A stretch of DNA of 63,995 nt, filler included, from Basidiobolus ranarum (lineage: Eukaryota): the NCBI GenBank assembly GCA_040143965.1. It is 9 parts of 9 records of this genome, joined end to end, with 100 filler letters (N's around TTAATTAATTAA, not from the genome) between each part and the next. Parts side by side here need not be neighbours in the genome. Positions count along the whole stretch, not along the records: positions 36,117 to 43,229 come from JASJQH010001178.1; positions 43,330 to 50,440 come from JASJQH010001179.1; 7 more parts are not named here. The stretch is one strand, 5' to 3'. Under the pieces are notes generated by a model. That model ran no database searches. It saw only the letters and a list, made by a program, of their open reading frames with translations, and was not told the origin of the DNA. Positions 36,117 to 49,300 of this stretch are shown piece by piece. The position numbers and the translations under genes were made by a program. Position 1 is the stretch's first letter; each line of letters opens with the position of its first letter.

Positions 36117-36704
36117 TTGCTTTATATTTTGAGACTGCAACCCCAAAAAGCGTGATTAGAACAGTACATTATTATGGACTTTGCAAGTTGTGGAAGAAGA
36201 ATGTTCATGGCTTCATTAATGGTGGCCTCCAAGTTCACTCAAGATAAAAATTACAAAAATCGCATTTGGGCCAACATAATGGGAGTTAGTGTAGCAGAGA
36301 TTAACTGCGTCGAGTTGACTTTCTTGAAGTTAATCGACTATCAATTGTTAATCCCCGAAAATCTATTCCATCATTGGGAGGCGTTCCTTCGAAATCAAAT
36401 AGCCCTACGTAAACCGAAGGTGGAACCATATGAAGCAACAGTGTTACAAAAACCGGATAGTTGCCTCCGATTCTCTCCCTATGCTACCAAACCATTCTCA
36501 GCGCGATGTAAGAACCGTACTCAAAAACTTGTGAGAAATCTTCCTCAAGAAAATGCGTGCTTCATAGTGAAAAAAGAAAGTAAATTCACTTTGTCCTATC
36601 TACTTTCTTCACCGCCTACTGAGACCCTTTCGTCTCTAGAAGTCCCAAATAATGCTAGTCAGTACACTCCATTTAATTCAGAAAGTGGTTATTTGACCCC
36701 ATAA
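36117..36704 (+). CDS. Pho85-type cyclin (PCL5/Clg1-like), 5' truncated, with an in-frame TGA at 36153-36155
   Basis: LLYILRL ... CGRRMFMASLMVASKFTQDKNYKNRIWA ... EINCVELTFLKLIDYQL cyclin box. Confidence 0.8.
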
Positions 36705-37967
36705 ATATACATAAAATGTGCTAACCAATTCACGGAACACCCCCAGTGCTTCCTGTGAATATATGAAGAACACAGTTGTGTTACTTTAAGCCCATTTACT
36801 ACCACTTCATCTAATATATATATATATACTTTAAACCACTGAGCCTTGAAGAGAGTAAACGCTCTTTTTAGAAACAACTCGTTTCGTTGGATCTAAACAC
36901 ACATGAACATATGTAATATAATCTTACTGTATAATAAAGACCTGTTTCTCCAATGCTGAAATATTGTTAACTCGCGATATTGTAAAAGACCAATCAGCGT
37001 GTGAGTCGTCTTCCGCTTCCCATCAATTCTATACAGCTGAGTTGGTACCGAAGTGAAGGTTCTATTGCGAGCAGTAAAATGTACCATTGAAGTTCAATAC
37101 AATTCTGTATATTATCTCCATATCAGCTGATATAAATCATGGTTTACTCTTATTGACGATCATAGACTAGATCCAACGATTGAGTTCGTAGTTGGAAATG
37201 ACACTGCATTTATGGATATTTCGTGCGAAAGTTAAACTATCATGGCAGAATGCAGATTTGCTGTATCATGGGACTCTATAGTGAGGACAAAACATACTAG
37301 GACCCAAGCCATATTTCCGGAGCCCGATACTTCACCTTTGAATCTTCTATGACAGGAGATGTGACGTGAAGAATTTCAGTAAAAGACAGATATGTTAATT
37401 ATCCTATTTGAAATATGATCGACATTTCGGAGACGGTTTATGGTGGAATGAGGTCTCGAATAAAGCTGAGAACATCCCCCATTAAAAGTGATACCCTGAC
37501 TAATATATATGGTGTGATGTTCGAGATCTATCAGCACAGCATTCACTGGTTAATATACTGCTTAATGAATTTAAGGTTCCCTGGATAATTTACAAATAAA
37601 TCTAGAGCCTTTACACGTGTACAAACACAAATGAAATTGAAATTCCACAGTGATAATTGCTCTCATATTTTGAAATGTTGATGGAAAATAGCATTTTTGT
37701 TTGGTTTTGAATGTAACGTGTATCACGTCAATGTGTGACTGTCCAATTTCAACCAAAGCGCAGAATAAATTTCAAAGCTCTAGCCCAGTCTTTGGGAGTA
37801 TTTGGGGTATAAATCTGGAACCAAGTAAGCCCAGCGTTGAGCTTATATATATTACGAACGAAGGGCCAACATAAAGCTCTTCTTCATCGTGGAATGAGGC
37901 TAGATCCTTATCCTTTTGTTTCCACACTCATATATTCCTTTGCTGACTTGATTAATTAAGGATAAAT

Positions 37968-38625
37968 ATGTTTTCTCGTGTATTCTCTTCCGTTGTCCCG
38001 GGTGTTCGTCATGCTGTCGCCATTCTGGATGAACCACTGTCAGCTACTGCCCAGAGACGCGCTGGGCATACTCATTATCGACCTATGACGAATTACCACT
38101 CAATCCATTTGACGAGGCCGACTATTCTTCGCCCAATAGAACAGGAGCCAGAATGTGAAAATCACTACAAGCCAGCAGTGGAGCTTTCGGGTAATTACCA
38201 GTCATCTGAAAAAAAGATGGCACTCTAGACTAACTTGGTTGTCATTAATAGAAAACGATGGTTCATATTTCATTCAGGTCGAGCTTCCAGGTGTTCGAAA
38301 GCAAGACATTAGTCTAGAGTTCGTTGATGAGACAACAATGGTGGTTCATGGCGTGATTAACAGGGGCGGGAAAATTTTAGATAGCTTTCTAGGCACTGCA
38401 AATAACGAGTTGACTCTTTCGGGCGTTGCCACAGATTTCATGTTCGAGGTTGGGAAAAGCAATCAAAATCGCTTCCAAAGGGCTTTTGTGTTTCCAGTCA
38501 AAGTAGAGGTTGAGGACGTTCGTGCTGTTTACGAGAATGGAATACTGTTTATCCATGTGCCTAAGCTGGATCTGCATAAGCCTCTGGCTAGGAAGATATC
38601 AATCGAGGGTGGACAAACCAAGTAG
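37968..38625 (+). CDS. Small heat-shock protein (HSP20/alpha-crystallin), 2 exons (37968-38190, 38252-38625)
   Basis: YKPAVELS/ENDGSYFIQVELPGVRKQDI ... FQRAFVFP...AVYENGILFIHVPK. GTAATT...TAG intron. Confidence 0.9.
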
Positions 38626-39397
38626 CTTACTACACTACAATAGCGCATATTTTTCTTTCACTGATGGACTTTAAGTTTATCCAGTTAGTATTACATTTAT
38701 TGCAGAGAAATACATAATCAACAACTATTTAAATTATTCAACATCTACCCTGTTATCGAATTCTGTGATAGAAAACAATCACAGGAATTACTAGTAACAT
38801 TATCTATGCAAGCTAACAGTCATTCGAGGTTCCAGTGGTTACAAGCATATATTGTGAACGTGTCATGTTTGGACATGGCAACTGTGCCTTCCAGCATCAG
38901 ATGAGAACAGATGAAACATCCCCAATCTCGACTCGGACTAGCTGCTGACTGGCTCTCTATTCCAAAATTCAGTATGTCGTGATTTAAATGCATCATAGAA
39001 TACTTTTTTGATGATAGATTTAGCAATAAACATCAGTGTCACTTAATTGTACAAGTGTATCATCTCTAACACTTGTTCAGCGATCTTGCTTTTGCTGAGC
39101 CTTCGATCGGCATAGATACAGCATGAAAGTAAACAACGATACATAATGAAGTTGCATTAATGATCTCCAGCCATTCGGGGTATTTTATTAGTAACTAGCC
39201 TCTTGAATGTTCAACGACATTCTTATGTGTTCAGAGCACATTTAGTCATCGGCTCAATATTATCGAAGCACCAGGATCTGCATCCAGACAAACATTCTGA
39301 TGTTGTCTAAACCTTCATCCCACTCGATCAAGCTCCATAGAAAGAGAATATATATGGACAGCTGAGAGAAGTCAACCCTTTGGGTCATTGGAGTGAC

Positions 39398-40545
39398 ATG
39401 CGTATACTCGTTTACTTGTTGGCATACCTTGCCTTGCTCAATTATTTCAGCTTCGCAGTCAATGATACTGCACCTGTGGGTGATTCAGAATCCATTCACA
39501 GTTCACCAGATCTATCGGCCTGTAATGGCTACAAAGAATTGTGCAAGCGTAGCTACGACAAAATATCGACCGCCGTAACTCATAACTCATTTGCGTTGAC
39601 ACCGAACCCGGCTGGAAATCAAAATGTGCCTATTGAGAAGCAACTCCAGGATGGAATACGAGGGCTAATGCTAGATCTACACGTATCTACAAAGAGTTCC
39701 GAAGCTCTAAGACTGTGCCATGGAGACTGTAAATTACTGGATGCCGGAGCAGTATCTGACACACTTACAGTTATCAAAACCTTTTTAGATAAAAATCCAT
39801 TTGAAGTCGTTACTCTCTTTATAGAGAACTTCGCCCATATCAAAGGAGATATGATTGCAAGAACCTTCGAAACTTCAGGTTTGGTGAATATGACAAGAGT
39901 TCAAAAACCACAGGAACCTTGGCCTACATTGGAAGAGATGATTAAGAATAATACTAGGCTAGTTGTATTCATCAATGAAGATATTACTCACGACAAATAT
40001 CCATGGTATGTTTTATGTTATTCCGTTTCATTGGTTCAATTTATCCAAAGAAGTAAGCAAGCACTCTCTGCATCTCTTTTGATAGGCTACTTTACGAATA
40101 TGATTTCTTGTGGGAAACTCCGTTCTCAGTGCCAGTAAATTCATCATTTAATTGTGATGTGGATAGGCCTAAAGACACTACTTCTGCGATGTATCTCATC
40201 AACCATTTTGTATTTGGTCAATTGAATATTGGTGAAAGCGGTTTTGAAATCCCTGCTGCCAGTCATGCTCCCTTGACGAATGGGGATCAGCTGCAGAATC
40301 ATGTGAAGGAGTGTAGAGAAGAGAGGAATCAAACAGCCAATTTCGTTGCGGTCGATTTCTATGAAGTAGGTGACATATTTCGGGTGGTTGCTGAGCTGAA
40401 TGAAGTAAAGTACATCCCAGTAGTTGACGACCTACATAGTCAGTCAACAGAGCATTCAGGTGGTACGCATGTAGACGAAATTGAAATGATGAGAGTGTTG
40501 TGGCATATTGGTTGCATGGCATATGCAATATTCATCAACATCTGA
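39398..40545 (+). CDS. Secreted PI-PLC X-domain-like phosphodiesterase, 2 exons, possible GPI tail
   Basis: Signal peptide, ACNGYKELC, THNSFA, NQ...QLQDGIRGLMLDLH, LCHGDC, WETPF, ANFVAVDFY. Intron at about 40006-40086. Confidence 0.88.
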
Positions 40546-41071
40546 AGATGAACACTCAGTCAGATGAGATGGTGTATTTAACAGGCTAAATTTGTCATTC
40601 ACTAATGGTCATACTGAGTTGAGCTGGAAACCTAATATCTTTCACTTTCTGTCTATAGCCCTTACATGATTACCTATTTATTATGTAGTCATGCTACTTG
40701 ATTTACCATACTGCAACTGATTGCACACTCGAATGAATGAACACCATTGCCTTGTAGTAAACTGTATATACCTTCAGTTATAAACCTAGCTAAACACTAA
40801 AGACTGCTTAAGTAGAATGTCCCATCATTCTTTCTTTATTTGTAATAGTTGAACCAGTTTAGGCTAGATACACCAATCAGTATAGGGGTGTTCCTATTTG
40901 GAGATATCCCAAAAGAACTAAAAATTACATCTTTATGTGTTTAATCTGTAAAGGTAGACTAAAATGTATATAGCGAATTCTAGCTTATAGACCGTACTAG
41001 AAAAGCTAGATGAATTCCATTAATTTAATAGTTGTATAATTATTGCTATATACTTGTACATGTATAAACAA

Positions 41072-42234
41072 TCAGGCTTTGAAATGCTCCACCGCTTGAG
41101 AAGACAGGTTTGTAAGGACAACGTGAGGCACATGATTGTAGTAGGGTATAACTCTATCCTCATTAATATATACTTTCTCCCACTGGTGGAACTCTTCTTC
41201 AGACATGTCAAAATTAATGCCCTATTTTCAATTAATACGTAAAGATTAGCTCCCATAGATGAGATAAAGAAACAAGTCACTTATACTTACAACTCTGCCT
41301 ATGTTCTTAACTCTGGCTAGAAGCGGTGTCATGCTGACCATATGATTGGGAATTCGAATATTTTCTTGAACATTAATATCCCAGTTTCCAAATTTCGTCC
41401 AATTGTCTTTTAAAAGAGACCACCGGTCAGCTGAAGTGCACCATCCCCAAACGGTGAACTCGGCTGGTGTTAAGGTATAAGGGTCTGAATCTGGTCGAGA
41501 ATCCATATTAAAGCTGTTAATGTTTAGTACGTTGTTGTATTCCGGATTTTGTAGGATATTTTTAAATGCCCAAGTAAAGTATGTAAACATGTCAGCAGCA
41601 GGCTTGAGATCACTTTCAAGGACAATCGCACCGGGCGCCTAGAAATTACTATTAGGATTGCTATAGCCAATGAAAAAAGAGTTTGACTGCTCTTACCTTT
41701 AAATAATCGAAAGCAAATTCCAACAAAAACTTGACGTTCGCGGCGGTGGCATATTCGTTTGTATGGACATAGGAAGGGATGGAGAGGAAAGGACGAATAT
41801 GACGCAGATGAATCACACGCGACGGCAGGGTAATATTTTTAATGAGCGCTTCGATTTCCCGATTGTTTCCATCTTGAGAAACAATTAGAACAGTCTAAAG
41901 ATTACTTGTTAATAAGTCGAAGATAATATACTCTTCCTTGAAAACTTACTTTATCAATATCGTGATTTTTGGCCAGAGCACTTAGAACCTCCTTGAGATA
42001 CTCAGGTCTATCGCATACAGGCATAAGAATGGGCAAGAAGTCGATCTCACCCTCCTTCCAATATTCTTTTTCTAAACCCGCCATAACTCCCTTGACACTT
42101 GCATCATGACAATATGTGTTGTAACTAACTATGGTCAAGGTAAAAATAAAAATAAAGGAAATCACAACTAGTGCAGAAAGACAAATGAAATTAGTAGTTC
42201 GAAAACGACGAGGTAAATGAATTGGTAAGGACAT
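41072..42234 (-). CDS. Type II membrane glycosyltransferase, GT-A fold (GT13/GnT-I-like), 4 exons
   Basis: N-terminal TM, PILMPVCDRPEYL, VFSQDG, AIVLESDL, WGW, WDI, PLLARVKNIG. GT-AG introns. Confidence 0.7.
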
Positions 42235-42958
42235 GCTGTATGATATGAATAAACAAGAACTTGGGAAGACTAAGATAAGGGAAAAGGACAGGGCAAGCAC
42301 ACTATGTGTAATTCAAACTTCTACCCCTATAATTTTTTTGATTCTTTGTTTCGCGGAACCCTCACACCTTTTATTGTTTTATATGATTGGATTTCCTTGT
42401 GCAGACTGTCCGTTGTGCATGATAGCGTTTTCAGTAATACAATAATTTGAAAATATAGCCAATCATCACTTTAACTCTGGCGATTTGGTGTGAGTAATTC
42501 AAGTAAAGGCGCTAATAATTTAAAAGTCAAGATGGTACTCCCATTTAAGCTAAATGCCAAGAATGATGGGGGATTTACTTTTATTGGTGTTCATCTTCGA
42601 ACTAGGATTCATTGCAATTAGACTCATCTAATCTATTGGCTCTGTCATCAAGGCTTATCCTTATTAATGGACTTAAAAGGAAAGGCCGTACTCACCCTTA
42701 AACCCGAAGTACCCCAAGTACCCATCTACTCATACCACATATTAAAACGAATCAATTCAAATCGCGTTAAACTCAGTCTATAGCGGTATTTATAAAATCT
42801 CCAAACAACACGCAGATTGAAACATCAATGCATATAAGCTGTAAGCACATGATAGACCAAAAATTCTCTTCCAGAAGCAACCCTGCAATTTCCAATACCT
42901 CATTCACCCAACATGTATCGATAACTGTGTGTGGCCAGTTTATGTATATTTATTGAAG

Positions 42959-43229
42959 TCAGATCGGCATCGAATTGATGGAGAAGAGATAAATAAGACT
43001 GAATGCACATATGATAGTAGCTGGGGAATTCAGCTGTACCGTGTTAGTTTTAGATGATGCTTCAACTTGCGCAAACATCTCAAAAGGCTGCAGCAAACGA
43101 GTGATATTATGAGTCACGTGAAATTTACCGAGCAACTCTCTTGACAGGGATAAATACTGTGGGTGTTTGTAAGCGACATATGCATGTTGCAATGCTTCAG
43201 AGAAATGAAGGGTGGCGTTGTATCCGGCA
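42959..43229 (-). CDS. 3' end of an unidentified gene (truncated by contig end)
   Basis: Open frame AGYNATLHFSEALQHAYVAYKHPQYLSLSRELL running from the contig edge. Possible GTAAAT...CAG intron. Confidence 0.35.
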
Positions 43230-43329
43230 NNNNNNNNNNNNNNNNNNNNNNNNNNNNNNNNNNNNNNNNNNNNTTAATTAATTAANNNNNNNNNNNNNNN
43301 NNNNNNNNNNNNNNNNNNNNNNNNNNNNN

Positions 43330-43790
43330 AAATTTTCAGATGTTTAGCAATTTTTCCACTATTAGTTTGCTGGTGAAGCATATTGATGTTGTTGAGTTAT
43401 GTCTAATCAGTCAAATATGTGCATATGTAGAGACTAAACACAAGAAGATTATTGTATTTTTTGATTCTCATTATGGCTGGAATACAAAGCCTAAAATATC
43501 TAAATAAAGGCATTCATATTAATTCGAATTCCTGCAGCAGTAAACCCAGTAATTTGCCATTCAAAATTTATATTTTTGCAAAAATTGCTGGATATTGAAT
43601 AGCGCATGCCAAATTTGAGGATCAATATTTTAACATGTATGAATACCATTAAGATATCATCAAGAAACCGCCGTCACATCATCAAAATCCCTGGCAGAAT
43701 GCAAGCCAATGATATTGTGACAGTTCTCTGATGGTTTTGCTATTTCAGAAGATGCATCCAATCCGGATCAAATCCATTTTATTTTTGTTA
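43330..43790 (-). mobile_element. Penelope-like RT relic, copy A
   Basis: M*RRFLDDILMVF at about 43640-43680 (WxR[YF]xDD[IV] motif), then LYLDI. Homologous to 47427-47833. Confidence 0.6.
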
Positions 43791-44149
43791 GGGAGTGGAC
43801 TTGAGTGTCATAAAGATTGATTCATGTGTTACAGCACCCAATGACAGCACCCTTCCATCAATTACTTCTACAAGGACTGGACTAGATTTCCTGATTGTTG
43901 GGATAGAATGGGATTTGACAAAGGCAGAGTTAATAAAACAGGAGGATGCACATGAATCAAGAAGTGTAGTTCATTTTATTGACTTGAAATTTAGTAGCAG
44001 CAGTGTAATGGGCAGTTTTAATGATTGGTATGACTGCAGAGATTGCAATGTATATTTAAGAGATATTTTTGAAGATGGTGTGCCCAACTGCATGCCCATT
44101 ATTGCAGCTGGGCTTTGAAGCTTTCCAATAGTTAGGAAGAGTTCTCTCC

Positions 44150-44885
44150 TACTTGCATATTGATGATCATGAATCCAGGATTTCTTTTTGGACAGGTTCT
44201 GCCTACATGGCCAGGAGCTCCACAATGAAGGCATAGATTCTCTTGCTGGCATCAATATTTCTCTTCAGCATTGAACTTTCTGAATTGCATTCCATCAATT
44301 TGCATTGGGTCATCAGCATGAGCTGTAAGGTGCGTTTAATGGAAGGGATATCTGAAAGCAGAAGAGAAAGAAGAGTAGAAAGGAGCCATATTTTTTGTTG
44401 TTTTCCTTCAAACAACTAGTTGGCATATTTAACTGCCTGATGGATTGCATCAGTCAAGGTCACTGGGTCAGCCATAGTGCATAAGAGATTAATAATATTC
44501 TCTCAAAGTCTGTATTGGATCTGGTTGATCAGAAAGATTTTCTCCACAATTGAGATCACAGGCAAGAAGATGGAATTCTGCAGCATAAGTTGATGCAGAC
44601 CTTGACCCTTGTTTAAGTGCATGGAGCTTAGTGGTTGAAGTACTTTCCTCATCAGAGAGTTAGCAATGGGGATGTAACTGGATGATGAGTTTTACTTGGT
44701 TGATAAGACCACAATAGTTTTGGCAAATGCCATCAAACTTATTTGGTAAGTAGATCTTGGATTCAGGGGTTGGGTTTGGAGGATAGTTGGCTGGAGCTGG
44801 ATTCTGTACTTGAGCAAGAGAAGCACAAAGTTCTTGATGCACTTGCTGTAGCTGATTTAGAGCTCACATGATATCTTCCATTGGG
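44150..44885 (-). mobile_element. Degenerate Ty3/Gypsy gag
   Basis: PESKIYLPNKFDG, LKQGSRSASTYAAEF, DPMQID and the CLHCGAPGHVGRTC zinc knuckle. Multiple stops. Confidence 0.85.
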
Positions 44886-46399
44886 GGGCTGGTGTAAACA
44901 TAATACTTACTATGTTGGGAGGAGAAAGTTTTAAAACAACAAGTTTTGCTAGGAATGATAATCACAATGCAATGCTCAACTTTCTCTTGAAGAAATAACT
45001 GGCACCTTGAAAAAAAGAATATGCTGGTATCAACATCCTTTCACTGTGATCAAATACTAAAGCTTCTTTGATCAAAAACAGCTTTAAGCTCAACCAGTAT
45101 TGTCTTGGCAAGGATGCACCCAGAGCAATTATCTAAAGGTGGAAGGTATCTTTGCCTTAGCAGGGAAGCTTTGGAAAGATGGTTAATACAACAGAAGCCA
45201 ACCTTGAAACCCCTCAAGGTTGGAGAACAAGAATGTAGAGAGGTCTACATGCAGGTTTAAGTAGTCTGATCAAACTGTTAAAATAAGGAACAAGACAAAG
45301 ACTGTAATCAACAGCAAGAGGCTAGAAAGCAGGAGTCTACTTGGGTGTAGACCACAAGGCAAGGCAAGAGAAAACTGGACATTGAAGATACTTGGCAAGA
45401 ATCTTTAATCATAACTGGTTTCAATCAGGCTGAAGTCTGATCAAGGAAAACATGGAGCTTATATAGATATTGCAGGGTGAAACAAAATATACTGAGCAGG
45501 GAATATACTGTGGCAAGTTCAAGTGTTGGGATGTTGGGGCCTACAAGGAAAAATACAAAGAGGGATAATGAAAGGATGAGCTGGTGGCCTTCCATAGAAG
45601 GTCTTGGTGGAAAAACACTATGTGTGGGAAGATATAATTAGTTAGGTTTTGTGGAATGTTCTACAGAACATGTCTTTGTTATAAGGTAACCTGGATGAAC
45701 CAACAGAAGATTGCCAAGAAAGGATGGCACAGCAGATATGATGTCATAATCTAATAATGGATGAGTTCTATTTGCAGTAGATGAGTATCAGAATCATGAC
45801 AGTAGAATATGCTGTATATATCATATTGGATAAAGTATCATAAGATTATGCAGCACAATTTGGCACTATTCAACACCCTCTGGCATGATCAATCACATTT
45901 ACTTGAATATATTGATCCAAGGTCCAATAAATCCAGGCACAATGGAACAAGTCCTTTAATTATAATAAGCCAGAATTGCCATCCAATTTTGGAGTAATCT
46001 AATAAATGCACTGTCTCAGAATTAGCCAATAATATTGATAGGGTATACCTCAGAAGCACTTTTTTGTAGTATGTGTTCTTTTTTCCCCAGCAATATCTCT
46101 CTGATGCATCAACACAAGCATTTAAGGAAACTCTGCCATTATTGTCACAAATTCTTGTGCTACAAAAGCCAAAGCCTCAATAAAAATAATAATGTCAAGC
46201 ACAGTCCCTGTACAAGGCTGCCAGCTGCACAAAGTCTTATGAGTATCAATAATAATAGGCCCCTAATGAGGATAAGCTTGTAAATGACAATCTTTGTTAT
46301 CCCCAAGCTGATGGCAGTATGTTAGAGGAATATGCAGAAGAAGGCGGATTTGTAACAGATTCTTTGTTGTTTCCAATCATTTGTCCACTCATAGCACTT

Positions 46400-46740
46400 A
46401 CAGCTGAGGAAGTAACTTTAATTATAGAGGAGTAAAGAGTTCAATCCAATCTTAGCATACATTTGTTGATTGCTTTTCTTATAATTTTACGACAGTCAAT
46501 TGGCAACTGCTAGCCAAAGTCTTTGTACAATTAGGAAACACTTGTCAAGCATATGACTTTTGATCCTTCAGTAATTAAACTGCCTTTGTGTCCAAATGGT
46601 TATTTGGCTTTCACCAGTGTTTTGAAGATGGCATGTTGAACTATCTTGCTGACAATTTTGTAAGATCAATGGAGTATACTCTACCAGGTATATGTATTAC
46701 TACTATCCTGATCCAATACTAAACTCCCTGATTTTGCCAT
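46400..46740 (+). mobile_element. Possible CACTA/EnSpm-like transposase relic
   Basis: LPLCPNGYLAFTS resembles the (D/M)CPNGCxAFTG motif of fungal EnSpm-like transposases. Heavily degenerate. Confidence 0.35.
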
Positions 46741-46899
46741 CAAGAGCCTTGTCAGAATTCATCATGCTTACTGATATTAATTCATTAAATAGTCCATCTA
46801 ACATCAAACTTAGGATTTGCTGTAAGCTTGAAAATATGTTGTCAAAGGGGATCAGCTTGAGCCAGACCTTCCTATTAGATGCAATGCACTTGCTACTCA

Positions 46900-47833
46900 A
46901 CAACAATCCAAGACTACTTACTATGCTATATAGCAGAAAATTCAATCTGAAAAAGCCATGCAACATAGGATCAAGGTTTGCATCAATTAGGAAATCATTT
47001 CAAAAAATGAAAATACCTGCATATTTCATTAAGACTTCTATCAACATTCACTCATCTATGTGTGTATTTATATTTTAAGACTGTTAGTACAGGATTTGTG
47101 TATATTACAGTGGAATCATAAAATGATTCTGACCTGGTAAGTATTGTCAATAGTGGGAGTTATATGTGGATATTGTGAATATGTTCTTTTGGCATAAACC
47201 CACAATGGCCAATCTCAGACAGATATGGGAATGAGGAAATATCTTGTAATTGGATAAGAAAAACCTTATTGCAGGTTTAAAATATTACTTATGGCAGGTA
47301 ATTTGTTGATTGCAAGTTGGGGATATTTTTGCTAATTTCTTGATCAAAATTTGCCAAAATCTACAAGCTTATTTTCATTGTTAATGGTAACCAGAATGTG
47401 CTATTTGCCAAGTGTCAGTGCTATTCTTCAGATGTTCAGCAACTTTTCCACAATGAGTTTGCTGGCACCAATATTGATGTTGTTGATTTATGTCTGCTCC
47501 ATCAAGTTGGTTTGTAAGTAGAGACTAGTCATGAAGGGATTCTGCTCTTTTGATTCTCATTAAGGCTGGAAAGCAAATTCCAAAAACTTAAATAAAGGCA
47601 AGTATATTAATTTGAACTCCTATGGCAACAAACCAATTAATTTGCTATTCAACAATTGCTTTTTTCTAAAAAATGTAGGAAATTGAATAAAGTAAGTCAA
47701 ATATTGAGGATCAACATTGCAGCATGTGTGAATGCTATCATAATAGCATCATGCCATTAGTATTTTCATGGTCTGCTGACTGCTTTGTACTTGGCTAGGG
47801 TGGATTTAATCAAGATGAACTTTATTTTTGTTA
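46900..47833 (-). mobile_element. Penelope-like relic, copy B (RT C-terminus, Cys linker, possible GIY-YIG)
   Basis: Aligns with copy A. Downstream are GHCGF, then DSTVIY...C.N and DRSLNE, matching the GIY-YIG layout with frameshifts. Confidence 0.5.
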
Positions 47834-47939
47834 TAGTGTGCTCAGTTTGTTACAGCAGAGTTCTTCAAAGACTCCATTAAGAAACTCTTTTATTTTCATA
47901 TTTTTTTATTTTGGGAACACCAGCAAGGCATGGTAATGG

Positions 47940-49300
47940 TAGTAGCAAATCTGTCTTGTAGAGCATTGAGAAAAACAGAACATATACAAACATCTATTAT
48001 CAAAAAGAGGTAGTGGTTCCCACCATTGCTAGTAGTAAATGGTCCAGCAAGATCAATAGCAATATTATAGCAGGGTTTGTGGGAGTGAATGTAGACAAGT
48101 GCTTGATGTCAGTGCAAGGAGTAAAAGCATTACCCCACAGGTACTGATAAACTTCTTAAGGGCAAATACAATTGATGGTTATTCTTTCTATGTAGCAGAA
48201 TAATCAAGTTCAGCAGGCTGCAAAAATCTGGCCTGGCAATAAATCCAAGGTGATGAATTTGATTTTCATCATGGTAGAGAAGTGACCCTATCTTAACTTT
48301 GGATGCATAAAAGGTAACAAGCAAATGCTTGGATGAATCAGGATAAGATAGATTAGGAGCTTGGGGAAGCATCTAACATAGGAAATCAATGGCTTGAACA
48401 TGGGCTTTGGTCCAGACTAAGGGTAAATTCTGGAGACATCATAATGATTCAAGCATTGAACTTAAAGTGGAAATCAATGGCATATATTCTTTGAAATAGT
48501 TAAGCACTCCAAGATAGTATTGAAGCAGTTTGTTGGTAGTGAGTCTAGACCAATCTTTGATGTTGACTAACATGAAAGGATCCAATTTATGGCTTGTAAG
48601 AGTAACAATAGAGCCATCTAGATTGATTTTAAGGTAAGCAAGACTGTGTTTTCAGGATTCAGGATAAGTCCAGCAGAAGTGAGATAGATGATAACAATAG
48701 TATATTGGTTGCAACAGCAACTCTGTTGGTTTAGAAAATGATGACTGTATCAATAATTTCTTATGCATTCCCAGCATCTTTGAGAATCATTATACAAATT
48801 CTTCAAAACCGGCCGGTCAATGTCTTGAGTCCTGAAGTTGAAGCATTTATTGCTTGTTTCTCAGCATGAGAGCAATCTTGTGTTGGTAGTCTGGGTGAAT
48901 CTGAAACTGGTGACAAGATCCTTTAAGTTCTTTATGGAGAATAATTGGGCTCTGGAGAGTAAGAAAAACAAATCATTGATCTTAGTAAGGGAAAATTTGC
49001 CAACCAGTAGTACTTTGTTTATATATCTTGGGTCTAAACAGGGCCATTTTGCATAGTAGACTTGTTCCATAGGACCAGGTCAGATTGTGTGCTCAATCCA
49101 GCCTGCTACTACACCATCTGGTGCAATCTGTCAATTACCATGGCTGGGTCCTATAACACTCAATTGGACACTATAAGTAACAATATGGAACTATCCCACC
49201 ACAAACTGACACAATGTTTATTGGAGATATGGTGCCAGTCTGTACCAAGTTACCCAATTTAGTATTGCCAAATTAAGATTTTGGGTAACTGACAAAGCAA
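47940..49300 (-). mobile_element. Degenerate Ty3/Gypsy pol (RT - RNase H - integrase order)
   Basis: DPRYINK...INDLF...AQLFS (RT), IIDTVIIF (YxDD relic), VTFYASKVKIGSLL (RNase H DAS), IAIDLAGPFTTSNGGNHYLFLIID (integrase). Confidence 0.85.
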
